This document shows positions 25,601 through 37,715 of a DNA stretch of 64,000 bases, piece by piece. How positions within the stretch are numbered: position 1 is the stretch's first letter; each line of letters begins with the position of its first letter. Made by a program: the position numbers and the translations under genes. The notes beneath the pieces were generated by a model. That model did no database searches. It was not told where the DNA came from and was given only the letters and a program-made list of their open reading frames with translations. The stretch comes from Lepidodermella squamata (lineage: Eukaryota; Animalia; Gastrotricha): positions 3,720,001 through 3,784,000 of the forward strand of contig JBLDXI010000029.1 in NCBI GenBank assembly GCA_047495785.1, written 5' to 3'.

Positions 25601-28600
25601 AGGGTTAATTAATATGATGAGGGTAGAGTCTCCTACCATGGGGGCCGTGCCCTTTTGATGCATAACTTCATTTTTCTTGCCCCAATATGCATAACTCACG
25701 ATTTTGACCTAAAATAACTGAATAGTGTAAATCGACCACGTAGATCACGATTCGGATGTCAGAATGCAGTAGAAATGTACGGAAACCCTGTATTAGATCA
25801 AATCGCCCAAAACGGGACATCGATAGACACAATAACTTCCGATGAGGCTCCATTGGCAACGAAATCGAAAATGTTGCGCTTTAAATTTATAAAACGGTTT
25901 TAACTTAGAGAATTATTCATTAGTGTTTGGCCATGCCAAGTTATTAGTGGGTAATAAATTATTCATCCAGATTTTAAGATAGGACGGATTAATTGCAGCT
26001 GAAACACGCATTTTTCGACGTTAATTTCAAACTTCCCCGAAAAGAATATGACTTGACCTAGTTTCCAGGGACTAGTTTCGCAAATCTACAACCTCCCACC
26101 CCTCACTCAACTCACCTCCGTTAGCCGTTAGCCATCAGCTAAGTCTGCCTTCTAATCCTTTTCTATTCTAGTTAGTTGAGGTGAATAGGTCGATTACAAA
26201 TCAAGTTTAAAACCCTAAGGCCTATTGATTCATTTGCTTCAAACTAAAGTTTAGAGTGACGGCCTCTGTACTGCTTCCTTGTTTAAAGTTACGACGTTAA
26301 AACTCTCGATCATCAGCCTCTAGGTTAGAATGGCTAATGCCACGAGCCTCGTAAGCGTGACACCAAAGTTAAATGGCTCTAACGTCAGTGGAGTATTTGG
26401 CGAAAACCCCGATCATATTAACCCTTTCATGGCCATAAGGACGATTTCGGAATTTTGACTTTGACAGTGCACCAAAATTTCATTTTGATTTATTTTTTAT
26501 CGCCCCTTCAAGCAATACTACTTTTCGATGTTGGCTACAATAATTTGAAACAATCAGACCGCTATCTCACACCGTTTTGAAAATATGACCATTTTAAAAT
26601 TGATAACTGAGGTATGAAATTTCGATTTTTTTCAAATTGAAATTAAGGTAACTCCATCTCATTATCCGGTCATACAAATTACAGTGGATACTACAGTGTC
26701 CGGCATAGTCTCATTGACCTGTGTGTAAATTTTTCTCTGATTTCGACAACAACTAACAGCGCTGCCTTGATTTTAGTTAAGTGGTCGAAATCGTCCTATC
26801 GGCCCAGACGATATAAAGGCGAGATGCGTTTTTTTGTGCTTCAAAACGGCCGCGTGTGAAAAAGCTGACTTGGCTGAATACTGATCAAAATGCTGATTTT
26901 TGAAAACTGGGTTCAACTGATTTCTTTTCTCAGAATAATGATGGGAGAATTTCAGGGACCGTTAAGGGAGAGGCTTAGAACATGAAAATTCAATGTTGAC
27001 AGCATCTAATGCTGAAACTAGGGTGTTTGAAAAATGTGCTGAAATCAGCTGGGCCGATAGGGCGATTTCGACCACTTTTTGCACAGCCTTAACGGTGATG
27101 GATAGAGACAAGCGGGTTTCAAAATCGTGATCAGGGCCTTCGAAAACCCCTAGTACTCCTGTCAAAAAAAATTTCTACCGGAGATAATTCGGCCATGAAA
27201 GGGTTAAAAGGTTACTACTTATTCGAATGGTTGTCAAAATTTTGATTATTTCCGGCTTTAAATTTTGAATCAATGAGAACCCAAACAAAAAAGTGCACAC
27301 TGTTTACGAGTTTTTTCGGCTCGCATAATTGTTTACGGGTTTTGTGGCTAATTTTTTCGTCACCAACGATGATTCATCCAGTCATTTGGAGGTTTTATTG
27401 CTATTATTGGAGTATTTCTGTCATAGTGCGAGAAATGCCCAAAAAAGTAGACGGCGCGTGCCAGTTTTTTGCGACGTCGATTATCATGAAAAAAATTGCA
27501 CAGAGATATCACGAAAAAAATAAGTATTTTTTGCCATTTATAGAGTGGAATTTTTTTCGACTGATATCGACTCGGTGATTTTTACTGCTTTTTTGGGGTT
27601 CTTTAGGATTTAATTTGAAATTAGCGTAAAATTGTCGGGCGTTTTAGTAATGTCAAGAAATCTCGTAAACGAAATATGGACTGGAAATATGGCGTCGCAA
27701 AAACAACCAAGTCCAAAGTGCAAGTTATATTTATAAACCAATAAAAACAACATCATTTATGTGATCGCTGGTGGCGTAGCGGATGAGGTGCTGGGCTTGT
27801 ATATCAATGGTCGATGGTTCAACCCCCACCACAGAGGCACATTTTTAATTAATTGAATCATATTACGATATTTCTTGCTATTTGAACTTTCTCGACATAT
27901 TACGCTAATTTCAAATTAAATCCCAAAAACCCTACGTTGAAAACACGTAAAAAAACACGAGAAAAGTCGCATTTGATAAACTTTCTTTTGTTCGGGAATT
28001 TTTGGAATTAGAAGCTATGATTGCGTGAAAATAGTAAAAAAAATTCAATTTGAAATTTGTCGGTCCTTTAGTGGTTTTCAGTGCATTATGACATCAGAAT
28101 CGTGATCTACGTGGTCGATTTACCCTATTCCGTTATTTTCAGGTCAAAGTCGCGAGTTATGCATATTGGGGCAGGAAAAAAGTAAGTTATGCATCACAAG
28201 GGCACGGCCCCAATGGTGCATAATCGTGACTCACTTCGGCTGATCAACAATAGCTCATTGGCCATGTGTTGCATAAACGTGTGCTTTTGCGGGGTGATTA
28301 TGGGGATTCAAATTTGTGAATCTTGAAACCCTGGTTTATGGGTTATGGGTCTAATATTTCTTCGATAATTTATCAACCACTATTATATTATGCTCACCAA
28401 TTGAAACCTTTAAAACGGCGATTCCGCTCATTATGTCTTGCATGCTCGAAACTTGTTCCATCTCCGTGGTATTCGTAAGCTCAAAATGACGCCGTAACGT
28501 AATAAAAAGCTTGGCAATCATTTCGCTGCAATACATTAAAACTTTACTTGAAGCAGTGCAACATGGCAGTATCTCACTTTTCGGACTTATCAAACGCCGT

Positions 28601-30365
28601 AACAACCAGACCATGTAGTGATACATTTTTGGCGATTTCGAAATTAGAAATGATCTGAAAAGCGGAAGATTTAAGCTGGAAGAGGTTCACCCTAAACTAA
28701 CCTGTTCTTCAACTGCGCGTTTCAACCTAATTGTCGTATCGCTCAACGGGTTGGAATATTCTGGGATCCATGTATGATTCGCCAGCTTTATCAAGCCGAT
28801 GACTGACCCTGTATCATATTCTAGAATGTAAACTCAAGCAGAGTGGTATATTGACATAGTTGGTTCGGAATTACCTAACTTTGAGTTGAAACAACTCCTT
28901 ACATTGTTTTAACCTCCCTGCTATCATCTAATTTATTACAAGGTTCGTTCGGAGTACTGCTGAAAACACAGCACTGAAACCCCCGAGAACCCTAAACTAT
29001 TCGAAATAAAATCGCACCAGTAAATGCACTGTCTTAGTGGAATCAACGAGTCCACAAAATCGCTATCGGCTGGACCAAAATTTGTTGAAGGGCGAGATTG
29101 GTTAAATTTTCCAGCATTTTAGTGTGTTATTTCTTGAACAGAAAGAAATTCCTGAATTTCCGGGTTCGATTCGCGGTGGCCAAAAATACCTGGGATTTTT
29201 TATTACTTTTCTAGAAATAACTAAAATTTCAAGATGCTGGAAAATCAAACCAATCGCGTCCTTCAACAAATTTTAGTCCAGCCAATAAAGATTTTGTGGA
29301 TTAGCTGGTTCCACTAAGGTGTTATAATAAATCACTAACATTATCAAAATAAGCATCTCGACAATGTTGGGGCGGCCACAAATTTTTTTTAAATATTCTA
29401 CCTATAGTTTGCGCATCGGGGTTGGGGCCTGTAAATACCTGACAGTGATCCGAAATTGAGCTTTTATACATTAAACTAACAAGGTTGGTTGAATCGCAAT
29501 CTGAAAAGTCTGGTTAAAGATGGGCTGAAACCGGTTGTAACCTAACAATACGCTGAATTGGCTTACATATTTGGTTGGCAGATAAATTCATGTGCCGTAC
29601 TCGCGTGTCATTTATCAAAGAAGATAGTTGTTCGTAGCTGAGAACACTCGAGTGCATCATGAAGTTAGAAATAGCTTCTTGGGAGGTCACTGTTGCTTTA
29701 AGCTTTCTGTCGTCGAACCAAAGTCTCGCCGCGCCAATGTCGAGCCGCTTGGAATCGTCGAGTTGCACAGTTTCGCGGATGCTTTCCGATATCTTTTCGA
29801 CGTAGTAATCGGGACCTTTTGCTACATACAGCGTAGTTTTATTCTCTTCGCGGTCGTAAGTAATCGCGATGAAATGCCACTTGTTAAAATCGATAATTTT
29901 AACGTTAAAAATGGTTTTCATTGAGTTTGGCTCAGTGCCAAATCCAAGCCGTAGCAAATCGGGTGGGCTGAAGACTGCCATATAGCCACCTTTTTTACGG
30001 AAAACAAAGTCAAACAACCCGACGCTTGCTGATCGTGAAGCGGAGAAGAAGAAGAAAGAAATAGTAAAATCGCCGAGCAGGTCTTGTTCCAGATCATAAG
30101 CTTGCAAAATAAATACATTGATATGTATATGCGCCTTGACGGTATGCGATGCGTTATAGTGCCCATAGGGACCTGTTAGCATAGCAGAGGGAATGGTGAG
30201 AGCTGAGGATTCTGCCAGAGGGTATTCAGTCGGGCTTAGGTCTTCAATGCCAGCTTCTGAATCCAATGCGAAGTGGAAGCGCAATGTCGACTGCGCAACT
30301 GTGTTGCAATGCATTGATATTAATATTAAGCAGTCCAAAATCAACTGCTTTATCCTTCTCTCCAT
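22675..30365 (-). CDS. RTK type B, copy B1: SP-LamG-SEA-LamG-pseudo-trypsin-TM-tyrosine kinase. Exons ~30365-29567, (unresolved), 28820-~28703, two small SEA exons ending 28398, 25551-24392, ~24341-24091, 23898-23062, 22934-22829, 22777-22675
   Basis: SEA-like GLIKLANHTWIPEYSNPLSDTTIRLKRAVEEQ; LamG GLWPLNENREWSDVG...WQFIAL; trypsin-like CLTSRISRFVVMSTAQCV; TM; kinase VAIK, HRDLACRN, DFG. The junction from LamG1 to SEA is not resolved (see findings). Confidence 0.72.
26422..27203. mobile_element. Non-autonomous piggyBac-like element (nested)
   Basis: TTAA|CCCTTTCATGGCC...GGCCATGAAAGGG|TTAA: 13-bp perfect TIR, CCC/GGG ends, TTAA TSD. Confidence 0.9.
27596..27935. mobile_element. Small foldback with a tRNA-derived core (27765-27838)
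   Basis: Inverted arms TTTAATTTGAAATTAGCGTAA / TTACGCTAATTTCAAATTAAA flank an A-box (TGGCGTAGCGG) and a B-box (GGTTCAACCCC). Confidence 0.6.
29033..29320. mobile_element. Palindromic MITE with a central B-box (GGTTCGATTC at ~29163)
   Basis: ~90-bp imperfect inverted arms, CTTAGTGGAA...CCAGCAT and ATGCTGG...TTCCACTAAG. Confidence 0.7.
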
Positions 30366-30819
30366 TTTGATGCAAGGATTGCCGATACACTTCATTTTCT
30401 TCAAAAGTCTATTGCCACTTGATTTAGATTTTCGAAACTATATAGGGTTAAATTTCAAACAAAGCACTGCACTTCTTTTGATATCGATAAAAAAAAGTTT
30501 TAATCCAGTTGTTGGTTTTATTGTAACTATAAAACCGAAAATTATCAATTCCGAAAATTCATGATGAAAACAATGAAATGAGCCCTTATCACGTAGTTAA
30601 CAATTTTAATATATTTCCAGCACCCAAATTTAGAATTTCGCTATCGTGCTGCTACAGTTGAGCCCTAAAGTCACGCCGTTTCAAATTTTTCGAATAATCC
30701 TGAGTTTTATGTCAAACGAAAACGATTAAGACGATAAATTTATAATGCAAAAGAAATATTTACACCCGGAAGTGTAACCAATTAGCCACGAGGCTGGTCA
30801 CATTCGGCCATGAGACATA

Positions 30820-30990
30820 CCAGGACGCCGGGGCTTAATTTCTCCCCAACCAAAATCTCTGCGTCACGTGCCGGACTATTCATGAGCTGGTCGTATTGAT
30901 TTGATGCACGAGTTCGGCAAAAAATAGGTTTCTTGCTCATTAAAAGATAACATAAAAACTACGCTTTTCTATTAAGCTCCGGCGTCCTGG
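30820..30990. mobile_element. 171-bp MITE with TA TSD
   Basis: TA|CCAGGACGCCGGGGCTTAAT...ATTAAGCTCCGGCGTCCTGG|TA. Confidence 0.8.
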
Positions 30991-31219
30991 TACTTCTCTT
31001 GCAGTCGGCTATATTAAAATGTTGTTAAAAAGTTAAAGAGAGCGCGATCTATTCCTATTAACGAGCCCACAAAGCGACGTTTCAGCTCGAATCGGTGGCT
31101 CAATCGAATAGATTTGAGCTGTTATTTACTGAGGTAAACAGTTCAGCTCACAACAAAGCTTTCGATTTCCGATAAATATCAGTAGCTATCCAATAAATAT
31201 CAGCAGTCGAACATGAACT

Positions 31220-32638
31220 TTTCCAGGTACACTCACCGGCTTAGTGGCGGGATTTTCATCAATCTCATCGTCAACCTTCTGCCAGAAGTCGTGGTCTGCA
31301 GCGGCATCTGAGGTTGTTGCGGGTGTCGAAACCACTTTGGCCAACTTTTTCGCGAGCAGATCGGCCTTTGCCTTGCTCCCTGTCAACGCCTTGCCGTTTC
31401 CTGTCTTTAGACTCACTACGCGGCATTTCTCAAGGCTCGAGTGGCTCGAGCTCGAGAACCTCATGGCGAGGGATCCTGGCCTCCAGCCTGGTGGAGTGCT
31501 TCGCCTGCCTGGTCCCCAGTCCCCACGACTTTAGCGTCAGTCAGCAAATGCTGGCCTCGGCGATCAACGATCTCAAGCCTTTCAAGGCCCCTGGGCTTGA
31601 CGGGGTCATCAATGTCTTCTACAAGTGGGGTGGCGCCCCTCTCCAGGTCCACCTTCGCTTGCTCTATAACATGAGCCTTGGGAGCTGCCTGAATGGAAGG
31701 AGGCAGTCGCCGTGGCCGTGCCTAAGCCGGGCAAGCCGCCTGGTGCCGTGGCCTCACAGCGACCCATTTCGCTTCTACCAGTGGATGCCAAGATCCTCGA
31801 AGCGATTATCGCCCGTTGGATGGAACATCGGTCAGCAGCCGACATCCCTGTTCGTATCGCCCACCGTGTACACCAGGCTCGGTTCTTGGTATCCTCTTTG
31901 CCGAAAAGCTCACCTGGAAGCCTCACATTGATAAGCTCTCAATTTGCCAGTGACTGGTGTTCAGTTTATTTTCAATGAATAAATCATTAAGGGTAGCAGT
32001 TGACTGTTTTATGTTTCCGTGACACAATGTGCTTCAAAACAATTGTCTCCGTTCTATCCTGCATGTCCGCCTGGGCGACCGCGTCCGCGTCTCCACTCTG
32101 GAGCTCCGCTGTCGCTTACCCAGCCTCCAGTCCTTTCTGACTCGCGCTCGAATCCGTTATGTCGACAACGCTTGCCTCTGCGGGAGGACGTGGAAAGCGT
32201 CCGCACCTAGTTGCCGCCCCTGAAATCCCCTGTGACTCTGCTGGCTTCTCCGCTGCCACCGGGCCCGCTCCCTGCACTCCTCTAATCCTGTCATGTCTTG
32301 TTAGCTCTTCTGTGTTCCGTGTCACATATGTGTGGTTTGTTTCACCCCCGCGCCGATCCGTATCCTGTTCACCAGCTAGTTGCTTCTCGCGTGTGCCTTT
32401 TACCTGTAACCGTTTGCTCATCTTTCTTTATGTGTTCGCCATTTCAGCGTGCGATAATTACTCCCCTGTATGATAAATCCATGCGTGTGCCTCCCCTTCG
32501 TGTATTCGGCGCATAGTCTCCGACAAGCGCCACCTACTAGACTGCTCGAGCCTTGAATTTCCTTCGTTTTTATCGTTTTTATATTGCTGTTAACGGATGT
32601 TCAGGGACAAATAAAAAGGTTTTTTCGTTTTTCGTTTA
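31220..32638 (+). mobile_element. Degenerate non-LTR retrotransposon (Jockey/I-like ORF2 fragments; RT core deleted) with an inverted ORF2 piece at its 5' side
   Basis: KAPGLDG, WKEAVAVAVPKPGK...RPISLL..KILE, C-terminal LQNNCLRSIL, and AATAAA at ~32610. Minus strand 31220-31430 reads LKTGNGKALTGSKAKADLLAK. Confidence 0.85.
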
Positions 32639-33180
32639 AAAGCTTCTGCTTTCTTTTGAAGTTGAAGATTCCTGGCAGGTTCTTTCCCGATTAACATGAA
32701 ACCACTCTTGAGTTGTTTTATCAAAAATTATACTAGTTTTCATTAGCTGCCGTTTAATATGCTACGTTTAGGAAAGGAAAGAGCAGAGCAAGCCCAAATT
32801 GCTGGATGGCGTTACAATGTTTCAAAGAAATAACCAAAAAACACATATAAAGCACCAAAAGGGTTCAAACGAAAAATGGAAAGCCATATCAGAAAAATGT
32901 AGCTATAGCTTCATCTCAGCGAAATGAAAATTATGAAGGTTTAAATGATGAAGGAGAGCCTATTATTAACAGTGATTAAAAGCGACGATGGGGCGGAAAT
33001 TTTCCCAGAAGATGATTAAAGTTAGAACGTTTGCCCTTCACTTGCTTCTATTAGCCCATCTTGAATAGAAGCCCAGTTTTTCACCCTTTTTCGGACATTA
33101 AAAATCTAGAAGCGAGGCTAGTATTTCAACATTTACGGTATGCTATACGCAAACTGATCAGTACTCCTTCTACGGTATGA

Positions 33181-36100
33181 TTAATCGTCTTTGGCTACAA
33201 GTTCCAGCCTATGCTTTAAGTCAGAAAAAGTCGGTCTTTCATCGATATTCGAAGCCCAGCATGGCACCATCACCATTTCATACCTAGCAAAGTGACAGTA
33301 GCTTTTACGGATATAGCCATAATAAGTGATGGCTTACACATTTTCAGGGCAAATTGGAGGGCGATCGAGCCGACAACCATCCATGACTCTCATCGCCACG
33401 TCAGCGTTTGACAACTCCGTATAAGGAATGTACTGGCAGTCTGGAAAAAGCAAAATTAGATTGATTGATCCAGGAAGATGCTTACAATGAGCCTATTAAC
33501 TTACATGTGAAAATTTCCCACATGACCACTCCAAAAGACCACACGTCGCTTTTCCTGAGGAAAACATGAAGTCGTATGGATTCAGGCGGGTGCCAGCGAA
33601 CAGGAATAATCCGATTAGAAGAGCACCGGTAGTACAGCTCGTTTTCGTCAATAGTCCTCGACATTCCAAAGTCGGAGATTTTCAAAACCTCCCCCGATGA
33701 GACAAGCACGTTGCGACATGCCAGATCTCGGTGCAGACAGTTACGTTCGGATAAATAAGCCATGCCGCTGCAAATCTGTTGACAGTACCCAAACAATTCT
33801 TCGACATTCTTAGGATTGACACTTTTTCGGAGGAGAGAATGTAAATCTCCTCGTTCCATGAATGGCGTGACTATTCCGACTTCCTCGCCGTAGAATGACA
33901 CCCCGTAAAGCTCGAGGACGTTCTCGTGAATGAAATCTCGCATTAACAAGGCCTCCTTAAAAAACTGGGTCAATTCGCGTTCCGAAGATGGCATGACAAT
34001 CTTGAAGCCAACCAACTGCTCATCATTTGTCTCAGAGGTAAGCACAGCTCGATAGACACATCCGAACTGACCCTGGCCGCATTGTTCCAACAACTTGAGG
34101 TTGGTAGATTTCACAATCACGCTTTCGATTTCTGTCAGCAAATCGCCGGAGCATTGGTACATAAGTTTGTTTAGGTCTTTCGTTTTCCCAGTTTCCTCAG
34201 AACTTTTCCCGCCATCTCTTTTTCCTTTTCTGTACTTTCGTATTAGGTATAGTGAAGCAGCTATAGCTAGAACGGTTAAGGCGATGAGTCCTCCAATAAT
34301 GCCGTAAATAAAATCTGAAGAAATGAAATATTTTCTAGGTGAGAAAATATTTAACAAAATTTACCTGGAAGATTCTGATTTTCTGCCTTATCTGGTTGTA
34401 AGCTGGTAGTTAATAACTCAGGGATATTTGCATCAGTTGTTGCAGTTGTTGTATTATGTAAGTAGTTGTATGTAGTTGTTGTTGTTTCAGGCTTAATAAT
34501 GGCGGATCTTTCATTAGAAAAACACGCTTCAGAGTGAAAATCCCATTCATGAGGGTAGTCTATACAAGTCATGGCCTTTTTGAGCCATTTCATTCGAGGG
34601 AGGAGGCTCATAAACCGGGCCGGCTCGTCAGATAGGCAACTACTGATTTGGAAGCTATGCGAGAAAATGCCGATTGGTATCAGGTTTTCGCCGGTTTTCT
34701 TCACTGAATCCGCGGGGCTCTTTACGAACAGTATAGAACCATCAGCCATGTCACATTTCGGGTATTTTGAAGTCGGATTGAGGCAGAACGTTTCGTTACC
34801 GCAGATGGAAATGGTGCCAGTGACGTAATATGTGTACATCTTCGTCTCAGTGGTGTTGTACCGCGTTCTGCGGTCAAGCATGGCAAACGCTGGTTGACGC
34901 CACAATATTATCTGAAAATGACATAACAGGTGATAGCAATCTGAGAAAATGTGCCCCCTGATAGCAATATAGATATTTTAGGCCGTAAAAACTTCCAGGG
35001 TTGTGATCGAAGTAAAATAGTACGAATGCATTTTTGTCACAACGGTGAACGACCCGATAAGAGCCACATTTTACCTGGCCTAGTCATTACTAAAAGCTAC
35101 TTGTGGCCCGCCAGGATCACGCTTTCAAATGTTTTCAAGGCTCATATTTACACTTTTCTCTTGATCACAACCCCTTTAATCTTTCTCATTCCAGAGTACC
35201 GCTAATGGGGCTGTTGCAAGAATTTTGAAGGTGTGCCAGTTTTTCATCTTATTTTTACGGCTACAACCTTTATCCGTGATCCGTAATTTCGGGTTTATGC
35301 TCCCCTCATAACAAATGTTCGTGATCAGCTAACAGTTGCGCATAAGACACACACTGTAAAGTCTTCGAACCCAAAGAAATTATGTTTTGGAAATTGACTG
35401 AAACTTAGTTGTTCAGTTTTGAAACTACTGGCACTTGTAAAATTAAATTTACCTGGCTATCGGATAATAAACTGACGGGGTATTCGCCAAATGTTGTAAT
35501 TATCTGCTCACGAGTTCGAAGTACAGTAACGACACCGTCTGTCAAGGCCTTCGTTACAGTTAGATTCATAGCATTAAAGTTGATGATGGTGTCATTTCCT
35601 TCTGGGGCACATTCCCGTAGCGTTAGCAACATGTAAAAATCGACAAAGGTCGCTAGGCATGGTTTGTCGAGGTTGGCGTGTGAAATGCGCTTTTCAAAAT
35701 TGAACTGGAAAAAAGTAGGTCTTGGCCCATTAGTTGCAAGCAACGACACGCTATTCTCACAATATGCGAAAGCTGATGATCTGTGAAGGTAGCAGCATGC
35801 CATTTGCAGTTCTGCCAACTCGCTTGAAGATAAAATTGACCGATAAGCAGCTATGCATGAGTAGATATCTAGCTGAATGGCCCGGCCATCCAAACCTTTG
35901 CTGCCGAATTCGATATTCGGAAAGGTTTTGTTCGATGCAAATATCGACGATTCATTATATTGGTAGTAGACGCCATATCGGTTGTGAATCGAAAAACGAC
36001 CTTCTTTTGTCATCATGAACACGATGAAAGACCACTGCTGAAGTGGCAGGAAACCGGGTAGGTAAATTTGCCATTTATCTTCGACTGTCACCTCTAAACT

Positions 36101-37646
36101 GCCGTTATATTGTTGCCGATAACTAGCGACTAGCTTTGGTGCCGAGATGCTCATAATGACCTTCTCCCCGCCAGTCGGTTTGAAGTAGAAAGCTAGAGTT
36201 AATTCGGTTAGATTCGGGAATTTTCGATCGATATCATAGATTCTTAGTAAACTATTAAATCCTCCGAGCGCTGACAACAGGTTATTGAAAGGACCATCAC
36301 GCCAAATCTTAGTCGCCATCTTATACAAATCATAGACCATGAACCATGGGCCTAAATCGCGAAAATCGTATTCCCAGGCTACTGGGATGATGACCAATAT
36401 CGCAAAAGGTCTGGGCCACGGGACGGCTTGAACAATTGAACAATAATTAGGATATTATGATGAAAAAGAGCTCTCATAACATACCATGGCTTATCGAAGT
36501 GATGGTCAAATGATGTGGACGTGTGGCTCTATTGATTGTTTTAAGTAGTAAATCCTCTTCGGCCCACATACTTATGCGCTCTAGAATCGCAGCCTGGAAT
36601 CGGCCTGAACCATCCTCCCTGAAAGAATCTCTCACTTCTAATGCAGATTTAGGAATAAAATCTTACGAAGTGTTCACACTGACGACTTTCAATCCAGAAT
36701 TTTGAAGAAGACTTCTTATCTAGAGACAAAAATATACATTTTTCACTGAAAGAGACTGATAAATACCTCATCGCTTGTGGCTAAAGTCGATTCGGAATTT
36801 CCTGAAATACTGACTGGTAGCAAAGTTAATGAAGTAATAAGGCTAATTCTTCTTAACTTGTGACTCACTCATCTGTCCAGCCGCATATATTTCGCTGCGA
36901 TTTTTGGTGAATGCCACGATTTCTTCCAGCCGTTCGATGCCGAGAGCTTCCTCAAAAATCATGAAGTTCGCGTACATCGCCGCCTCTGAGGCGACGGGAC
37001 ATATGACAAAATCAAACGGTGGTACAGGAGGTGCCAGAAAGATCCTTCTTGTGAAGTTTGTTTCAGCGAGACTTGGGTCGAGGTCGTAACCTGGGGCTTG
37101 CGATACATGCATAGTGACATTTGTGAAGTTATTTCGAAAAATGATGGCGACAAATGTCCAAGTGGCTAACGGAATTTCGACCGATGTCATAGATAAAGCC
37201 GTCCAATCTGGTATATTGCCAACCCTACTTTTGATATGCAGGCGAATTTCCGCCTGATTTCGCGTACTCTTTCGTTCAGCTTCTACAACCATGTACCATT
37301 CATTTCTATCCATGCTTACTTTGTAAAGCGCAGTATTGTAATACATTTCAGAATTCAAGAAAAAGCAGTGCGTGAAATCCATTGACAGCATTTTATCGAT
37401 TTCGTATCGAGCCAATTTAGTGACATATTTTTCAACTTTTAGTTGATGGGCTGTGTCGGGATAGCCAAACGGCCCAGGGCGCCAACTCAGCGGCCCTTTC
37501 GACCCGTAAACATATTTCGCCCCGCCAGGTATCAAGTTTTTCAAACCATCTCGTGCATCCATTGACACGAAAAGGCTTGCGGCAGTAAGATTCAATGACG
37601 CGATCTGGGGAAGCCAGCTGAACCCGAAAAATGCCAAAAAAATCAT
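33181..37646 (-). CDS. RTK type A, copy A2 (~1182 aa). Exons 37646-36869, 36813-36767, 36719-36667, 36618-36485, 36426-35453, 34911-34365, 34314-33505, 33440-33338, 33283-33181
   Basis: Nine phase-consistent exons give an open 3549-nt CDS with the same domains and motifs as A1. Confidence 0.88.
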
Positions 37647-37715
37647 CGTCTAAAATGTCTAAAAATACACATTTTTATTAACGATACTAGATGCTTTACT
37701 TTTGATTTAATATTT

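Larger units (their letters stand above)
25635..28218. mobile_element. TIR element with nested insertions that expands a B1 intron to 2846 nt (56 nt in B2)
   Basis: ~135-bp inverted termini GGGGCCGTGCCC(T)TT.GATGCATAACT... at 25641 and its reverse complement ending 28211. No clear TSD. Confidence 0.75.
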
